Source of the DNA: Thermoplasmata archaeon
GTDB taxonomy: Archaea > Thermoplasmatota > Thermoplasmata > UBA10834 > DTMW01
Direction: 5' to 3'
Assembly: GCA_029858465.1 (NCBI GenBank)
Contig: JAOUEZ010000001.1
Location: forward strand, 1 to 31,564
DNA length: 31,564 nucleotides
Numbering within the stretch: the stretch's first letter is position 1; every line of letters starts with the position of its first letter. The notes below the pieces were generated by a model. That model searched no databases. It saw only the letters and a program-made list of their open reading frames with translations, and was not told where the DNA came from. The position numbers and the translations under genes are program-made. Below are positions 26,547 to 31,564 of the stretch, one piece after another.

Positions 26547-27470
26547 CTAGCCGAATTCGAAGGCGCTCAATGCAAATGTGCCCTCGGTGAATCTATCGAC
26601 GGCCTTCTTCGATTTGACCATCCTATAGTTGTACAATTCGGTCTTGAAACCGGCGTTCGTGCAGATATTGTGAGCTAATTTATTGGAGGCAGGCACGCCG
26701 AGAATTGTCAATTTCCCAGCTGGCAATTCTGCAAGAACCGCGCCCAGCAGCCTTGATCCAATACCTTCATCAGAAACGCTCATTGTCCAGGGGCCTATGT
26801 CGCTCATGATGGGATTGGTCCTGCAAAGGATGAATGCAATCAACTTATCATTTTCGAAAAATCCTTTGGAACACCCAGGAAATTCTTCCAAAAGAACACT
26901 CAGAATATTCCGACGGTCGAATCCTGTAACGATGAGGTCCAGCCTGGACATTTCTCCTAAATCCGATCCTGTAAGATCCCTGATGTCATCATCCGAGGCG
27001 CCTTTCTTCATTCCCTCGGTAAGCATCGTTGTGAAAGTGTCCAAATTTTCGAGATATTTGAATCCGTGCTGGGCATAGAAATCCATTGCATTCTTGACAG
27101 AATATACATCGAGGATCTCGACCCCTCTCGAGTCCATTTCTCTGATGAGATGGTTAATCATAATCTTGCCGAGGCCTTTCCGGCGCCAAGCGCTATCGAT
27201 TACCACATGCCCGAGGACACATCTGTTGCCGGACAATGTTGCTGTTATCCCTCCGATGACTTTGTCATCAAATGTTGATACGATTGAAGTCCCAGGCGAC
27301 ACTTTTAGAATCCGCTGCAATTCGGATATGTCGTAATTCCATCCCTCGATGTTGATAAGCCTTAGAACCGCTTCGAGATCTCGACTCTCCATCGGCCTAA
27401 AAACCGCCCGATCATTCTCTCTGCCCATTCTCAGCCCATTAGGGGGAATGCCGAGGGGTAAGTTCTTCAT
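26547..27470 (-). CDS. GNAT acetyltransferase with a second YitH-like domain
   Basis: VVIDSAWRRKGLGK acetyl-CoA motif, FYAQHGF; second domain D..VTGFDRRNIL...IGPW. Confidence 0.8.
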   Translation of the reverse strand: MKNLPLGIPPNGLRMGRENDRAVFRPMESRDLEAVLRLINIEGWNYDISELQRILKVSPGTSIVSTFDDKVIGGITATLSGNRCVLGHVVIDSAWRRKGLGKIMINHLIREMDSRGVEILDVYSVKNAMDFYAQHGFKYLENLDTFTTMLTEGMKKGASDDDIRDLTGSDLGEMSRLDLIVTGFDRRNILSVLLEEFPGCSKGFFENDKLIAFILCRTNPIMSDIGPWTMSVSDEGIGSRLLGAVLAELPAGKLTILGVPASNKLAHNICTNAGFKTELYNYRMVKSKKAVDRFTEGTFALSAFEFG

Positions 27471-27521
27471 TTCGCAAAAATAGTATATTCCTGATTCCTG
27501 TGCAACGGAAGGATGTCGTAC

Positions 27522-27881
27522 TCACGAAATCGATTGAAGGGCGATCGATATCACGATGGCTGCCAAAGATAATGCTGTCGCTATCATTCCGATCTTTTCG
27601 CGTCTGATGTATGAATACACGCAGATTGTCAGTAACCTGATGATGGGTGTGATTATTATTATGAAAATGCCAAGGCCGATGATGCCTTCTGGCCGAATCT
27701 TCAAAATAGAATCGAGAAGGCTCTGAAACGACATCGGAGTGCTCAGAGAACCCTCGGCCGAAGATAGAAGCATAGAGGCTATCCCGACCAAAAACAGCAG
27801 AATGGTGATTATTACAAGGATATACAGTATCTTGCGTAGAGTTGGGGATATCTCAGGAAGGTTCTCTTGTTTCATTTTCAT
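27522..27881 (-). CDS. DUF1634-like small membrane protein
   Basis: Three TM segments, GIIGLGIFIIIITPIIR. It starts 1 nt after the TSUP stop, the usual pairing. Confidence 0.72.
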   Translation of the reverse strand: MKMKQENLPEISPTLRKILYILVIITILLFLVGIASMLLSSAEGSLSTPMSFQSLLDSILKIRPEGIIGLGIFIIIITPIIRLLTICVYSYIRREKIGMIATALSLAAIVISIALQSIS

Positions 27882-27882
27882 C

Positions 27883-28734
27883 TTATAACCATCCTCCCGC
27901 TCTCAGAAACATCATTATTGAAATCACGACGAGAAGTATAGAGAAACCTATCCTCAGCGAGCCGCCCCTTATTCTTCCTAAATATTTCGTCCCAATTATT
28001 GCGCCTATGAATACTCCTATCGACGCCGCTGCAGTAATCAATGGAGCGATGAGATCGTTTGAAAGATACAGAAGGGCGCCGGCAACTGCGGTCACCCCAA
28101 TTATGAAATTACTTGTGGCAGAAGCCGCCTTCATCGGGACGCCCATGAGGACATTCATGGCAGGAACATTAACAATCCCTCCGCCAACCCCTATGAGCCC
28201 TGATAGATTACCAGCGATGAATCCTGCACCTGCGCCAATATGAGGCTTAACAATGCCGTATTCCACCATTTGACCGGAACAATCATCAAGATATTTGCCG
28301 TTGAAGATCGATCTCTTGGAGATTAATCCGCCTTGTCTTTCATCATCACTGCATTTTTCGCCTGGGTGCTCCTTGACTCTCCACATGTAATATGCCGTAT
28401 AGAGCAGAACTGTGGCGAAGATTGCCTCGATCACGAACGCCTGCAGCTGGAACGCTATAACTGCACCGACAACGGCCCCGATTATCGAGAAAAACTCGAT
28501 GAAGACTCCAAGATTGATATTTATGAATCCCTCCTTCAGATAGCGGGACGTGGATGTCGACGATGTCACAATCACGGTTACCAAGCTTGTCGCCGCCGCC
28601 ACTTTGATTTCAATGCCAAATGCAAGCGTCATCACGGGCACAAGGAAGACACCGCCGCCGATGCCGAGAAGGGATGCAATAACGCCGATAAGTATCGAGA
28701 ACAGTATCAGCAACAGCAGGTCGACAAGGAGCAG
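27883..28734 (-). CDS. TauE/SafE (TSUP) family transporter
   Basis: SLLGIGGGVFLVP, AATSL, GLIGVGGGIVNVP, ASATSNF. The start is uncertain (CTG 28734 after GGAGG, or TTG 28713); the ORF track start at 28872 overlaps the upstream gene. Confidence 0.85.
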   Translation of the reverse strand: MLLVDLLLLILFSILIGVIASLLGIGGGVFLVPVMTLAFGIEIKVAAATSLVTVIVTSSTSTSRYLKEGFININLGVFIEFFSIIGAVVGAVIAFQLQAFVIEAIFATVLLYTAYYMWRVKEHPGEKCSDDERQGGLISKRSIFNGKYLDDCSGQMVEYGIVKPHIGAGAGFIAGNLSGLIGVGGGIVNVPAMNVLMGVPMKAASATSNFIIGVTAVAGALLYLSNDLIAPLITAAASIGVFIGAIIGTKYLGRIRGGSLRIGFSILLVVISIMMFLRAGGWL

Positions 28735-28804
28735 GTAGCACCCTCCAAGAGTATTTCTGGTATACCCTATTGTCGCAGGCTCAATATATTTTGTCCGCGT
28801 CAGA

Positions 28805-29623
28805 TCATATGGACCAAGGATTCTCAAGCACATACGACGGGAAATCTTCCGAGGTCTTCCCCGTGGTGGCATATCTGTAGAGCGCTGCCATGAGCACTGC
28901 GCTGACCGCTGACTGAAGAATCCCTATGAACACCCAATATATGACTGCTATTGCGATTCCGATTAAAAGGCCGGTCAGACTCCCGATAGCAATACCTGTA
29001 AAGATGAACAGCAGACCTACTAGGGCGAGGAGGAAGAATATCAATCCTATGCCCAGATTTGAGATGAGCGCCTCGCCCCATGATTGTTTCAGAATGCTTG
29101 CTGATCTCTTGATGGCCTTGAGGGGCGTCAGTTTCTCGGCGGCGATCACAGGAACGACGAAATATGTGGCTATTGACCAGGCCAGACCGACAAGACCGAT
29201 GACGATTCTCCCAATGAATCCGGCCTTCTGCTCAAGCGCGCGAAGGATGAGCCCAACAGTGGCGGTGACGAGCGCCCACATGAGGATATATTTGATTCTC
29301 TCTGCGGCGAATCGGAAGCCGTATTTCAGATTAGGATCTCCGCCATCAAGCCTCAGGAGCGCGCATCCGACAATAGCAACGTTGAAGAAGATCGCAACGA
29401 AGAATGAAACGAAATAGAACAATATCCAGAATATGTAGAATGCGGCATCGAGATCCTGGGATGATGTTATATCCCCCATGAGAAAGACAGGCAGAAGGAA
29501 TGATGCTGCGACTGCCATTATCAGCAGTCCAGAAATCAGTGGAAAAATCAAAAGCTCCTTGTCCTTTCGTATCACGCGGAAGCTCAGTTTTGTCAGCTCG
29601 ATACCCCTTGAAAACCTTCCCAA
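28805..29623 (-). CDS. DUF6159-like membrane protein
   Basis: MGRFSRG.EL.K.SF.V.RKDKELL.FP, ATYFVVPV, KQSWGE, LYRYA. TTG start after GGTGTG. Confidence 0.7.
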   Translation of the reverse strand: MGRFSRGIELTKLSFRVIRKDKELLIFPLISGLLIMAVAASFLLPVFLMGDITSSQDLDAAFYIFWILFYFVSFFVAIFFNVAIVGCALLRLDGGDPNLKYGFRFAAERIKYILMWALVTATVGLILRALEQKAGFIGRIVIGLVGLAWSIATYFVVPVIAAEKLTPLKAIKRSASILKQSWGEALISNLGIGLIFFLLALVGLLFIFTGIAIGSLTGLLIGIAIAVIYWVFIGILQSAVSAVLMAALYRYATTGKTSEDFPSYVLENPWSI

Positions 29624-29757
29624 GAAATCACACCCGGTCAGAACCGGAGCGGATAATTGACATATGATGTAATTAATGATATTGCGAACTGGAAAAAGAT
29701 TGTTTTCTTAATTGGCATGAAAAAGCTTTAATCCCGCCGATTCCTGAGCATCAAATC

Positions 29758-31053
29758 GTGTTTGAGGATATTTGGGCTGCGCTCGTCGGCGACATATGGT
29801 TTGAGCTCACTCTGCTCTTAGCAATCGCTATAGCAACGAATTTCCTTTTTGCCAGGTTCGGACAGCCGAAAATCATCGGACAGATATTGCTTGGAATTGC
29901 TATTGGGCCGAGCTTTCTGGGCCTCATCACTGTCAGCGAATCTCCAGACAGCGGAGATATCGTGAGATTCCTCGGCCTATTGGGAGCGATAATACTTCTT
30001 TTCATGATCGGGTTGGAATGCAAGATAAAGGAGATCTACACCAAGCGGGCGATCATTATTGCTTTGGGAGGCGTCATTGTCCCCTGGATAGGAGGCTTCT
30101 TACTTGCAATATTCATGTTGCCTACGCCGGATCCTATCCTATATCCTAACATTACGATTTTTGCAGAATCCGTTTTCATAGGAGCCGCATTGGTCGCAAC
30201 GAGCGTCGCTATCACTGCCGGTGTCATGAAAGAGATGGGAATCATCAGCTCTAATGTTGCAAAGACAATATTGGGTGCTGCGGTAGTCGACGACGTTCTC
30301 GGTATGATAGTGCTCGCAATATCTAGAGGTCTCTCAACAGGAACTGGCATTGACGCTCTAGAGCTTCTTTGGGTCATTCTGATTGCAATAATATTCGTTG
30401 CGGTAGGCGCTTACGTTGGTTCAAGATATCTCTCGAAGCTGATCATCAGAATAGAGGAGAGAGGCTCCCAAAATAAACTGCCCGAAAGCGGATTCCTTGT
30501 AGCGCTATCATTCGCTTTTCTATACGCGTTCATTGCAGAGACCATCGGAATCTCGGCCATCGTAGGAGCCTTCGTCGCTGGAACCAGTCTTGCCGGTTGC
30601 CAATACGCCCCAAAGTTCAGGGAGAGAACGACTGTTCTGGAATGGGTGTTCGCGCCAATATTCTTCCTTTCTATGGGTGTACTTGTCAATCTCGCGATGC
30701 CTGACTCGATGTGGGCATTCGCAATCATTCTCATCATAGTGGCATTCTTCACAAAGGTCATAGGTTGCGGATTTCCGGCACGGAGATTAGGAATGTCGAA
30801 AGATGAGTCATTGTCGATAGGAGTCGGAATGGCCCCACGGCTTGAGGTGGCGATGATAATTGCGCTTTATGGTCTGACTGCGGGCATCATTACACGCGAT
30901 GTTTATTCTGTGATAGTCGTAATGGGTGTCGTGACTGCACTGTTCACGCCGTCAATACTAAGAAGGACTATGAAGAATGTTCCGAAATCTCCGGAAATGT
31001 GCGAGCCGAAAGAGTTGAAGAGGAAATATTATGAAAAAATTGAATTTGAATGA
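29758..31053 (+). CDS. Cation:proton antiporter, CPA2; paralog of 14671-15921
   Basis: Same motifs (LFMIGLE, ATSVAITAGV, AAVVDD, PRLEVAMIIAL). GTG start. Confidence 0.88.
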   Translation: MFEDIWAALVGDIWFELTLLLAIAIATNFLFARFGQPKIIGQILLGIAIGPSFLGLITVSESPDSGDIVRFLGLLGAIILLFMIGLECKIKEIYTKRAIIIALGGVIVPWIGGFLLAIFMLPTPDPILYPNITIFAESVFIGAALVATSVAITAGVMKEMGIISSNVAKTILGAAVVDDVLGMIVLAISRGLSTGTGIDALELLWVILIAIIFVAVGAYVGSRYLSKLIIRIEERGSQNKLPESGFLVALSFAFLYAFIAETIGISAIVGAFVAGTSLAGCQYAPKFRERTTVLEWVFAPIFFLSMGVLVNLAMPDSMWAFAIILIIVAFFTKVIGCGFPARRLGMSKDESLSIGVGMAPRLEVAMIIALYGLTAGIITRDVYSVIVVMGVVTALFTPSILRRTMKNVPKSPEMCEPKELKRKYYEKIEFE

Positions 31054-31372
31054 CATCCAAGGAACATCACCGGAAGGTACAAAGGGCGTGGATTTCAGAC
31101 CGTTGTTGACGGACAATGTAAAAGCACCGAATTTCTACATGAGGATTTTTTCAATCTCGCCTGGAGGGCACACTCCAAAACACAACCATTCTTGGGAGCA
31201 TGAGGTTTTCGTGATCGAGGGATCGGGTAAGATTGTCTTAAAGAATGGAGAAGAAAAATTGTCGCCGGGAGATGCCGTATTCGTCGAGCCAAATGAGCTT
31301 CATCAGTTCGTAAACTCAGGCGATTCCGTGATGAGGATGATATGTGTCATCCCGAAGCCAAAGAATGATTAG
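31031..31372 (+). CDS. Cupin-domain protein
   Basis: PGGHTPKHNHSWEHEVFVIEG and PNELHQF metal-binding cupin motifs. Confidence 0.88.
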   Translation: MKKLNLNDIQGTSPEGTKGVDFRPLLTDNVKAPNFYMRIFSISPGGHTPKHNHSWEHEVFVIEGSGKIVLKNGEEKLSPGDAVFVEPNELHQFVNSGDSVMRMICVIPKPKND

Positions 31373-31429
31373 ATTCACCAAAAGATTAATTTTAGTTGAT
31401 TTGTTACAGATAAAGAGAGGAGTGAGAGC

Positions 31430-31564
31430 TTGACAAAGATGCTGATTTGCTATTATTCCAGGTCTGGCAATACGAAAGCCATGGCGATGAAGATCGCCGA
31501 GGGGGCAGGAAGTAAAAAGATCACAGTAGATGTCAAGAAGGTCTCGGAGACAAAGGCCGCTGAC
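31430..31564 (+). CDS. Flavodoxin/WrbA-like protein, 5' partial (runs off the right edge)
   Basis: GAGGAG RBS, TTG start, MTKMLICYYSRSGNTKAMAMKIAEGA with the FMN phosphate loop S-x-S-G-N-T. Confidence 0.82.
   Translation, partial: MTKMLICYYSRSGNTKAMAMKIAEGAGSKKITVDVKKVSETKAAD

Noticed and set aside
1979-26549. Pyrrolysine (TAG) read-through in genes ending in TAG (rpl37e, acr3, ferredoxin, DUF47, GNAT)
   Set aside because: Each TAG falls at the natural C-terminus of its family, and no methyltransferase or pyl genes are in the window.
28735-28872. Long N-terminal extension of the TSUP ORF
   Set aside because: It overlaps the end of the DUF6159-like gene, is unlike TSUP N-termini, and lies upstream of the GGAGG RBS.
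179-31292. Dozens of 60-190 aa ORFs overlapping real genes (e.g. 179-634, 5682-6119, 12823-13338, 14804-15325, 19216-19725, 22290-22859, 28333-28893)
   Set aside because: They are antisense or alternate-frame shadows of well-supported genes, with no family motifs and no RBS or promoter context.
1-31564. CRISPR array, rRNA, IS elements or long tandem repeats
   Set aside because: No regularly spaced repeats, rRNA-like tracts, terminal inverted repeats or transposase motifs were seen. The window is almost fully accounted for by coding genes.

Overview
Archaeal chromosomal window, most likely Thermoplasmatota (Methanomassiliicoccales-like). This is inferred from the Sm-L37e-purF linkage, a CCA-less tRNA, TATA/BRE promoters and GGAGG/GGTG ribosome-binding sites. 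Left to right it holds: the tail of an Lrp/AsnC gene, a GabT-type aminotransferase, Sm protein, rpl37e (missing from the ORF track), purF, tRNA-Ala(GGC), a GAF-like protein and a complete trp operon (trpE-G-[D::C fusion]-F-B-A). Then come a 1181-aa PEP-synthase/rifampin-phosphotransferase-like dikinase with an extra C-terminal domain, and an ion/stress block (three cation:proton antiporters, Acr3 with a ferredoxin and a Cys-tipped small protein, CorA, glutamate 2,3-aminomutase). The right part has a Cys-tailed Lrp regulator divergent from hcp-ferredoxin, an unannotated pdaD relic, pit-DUF47, a GNAT, TSUP-DUF1634, a DUF6159-like protein, a cupin and the start of a flavodoxin. No mobile element, CRISPR array or rRNA was seen. 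Best leads: the dikinase fusion, the ArsR/ArsC-less Acr3 operon with a multi-Cys protein, an archaeal eam, a candidate Fe-S Lrp sensor for hcp, and the TrpD-TrpC fusion in a Trp-codon-free operon. All family assignments come from motif recognition by eye; no searches were run.
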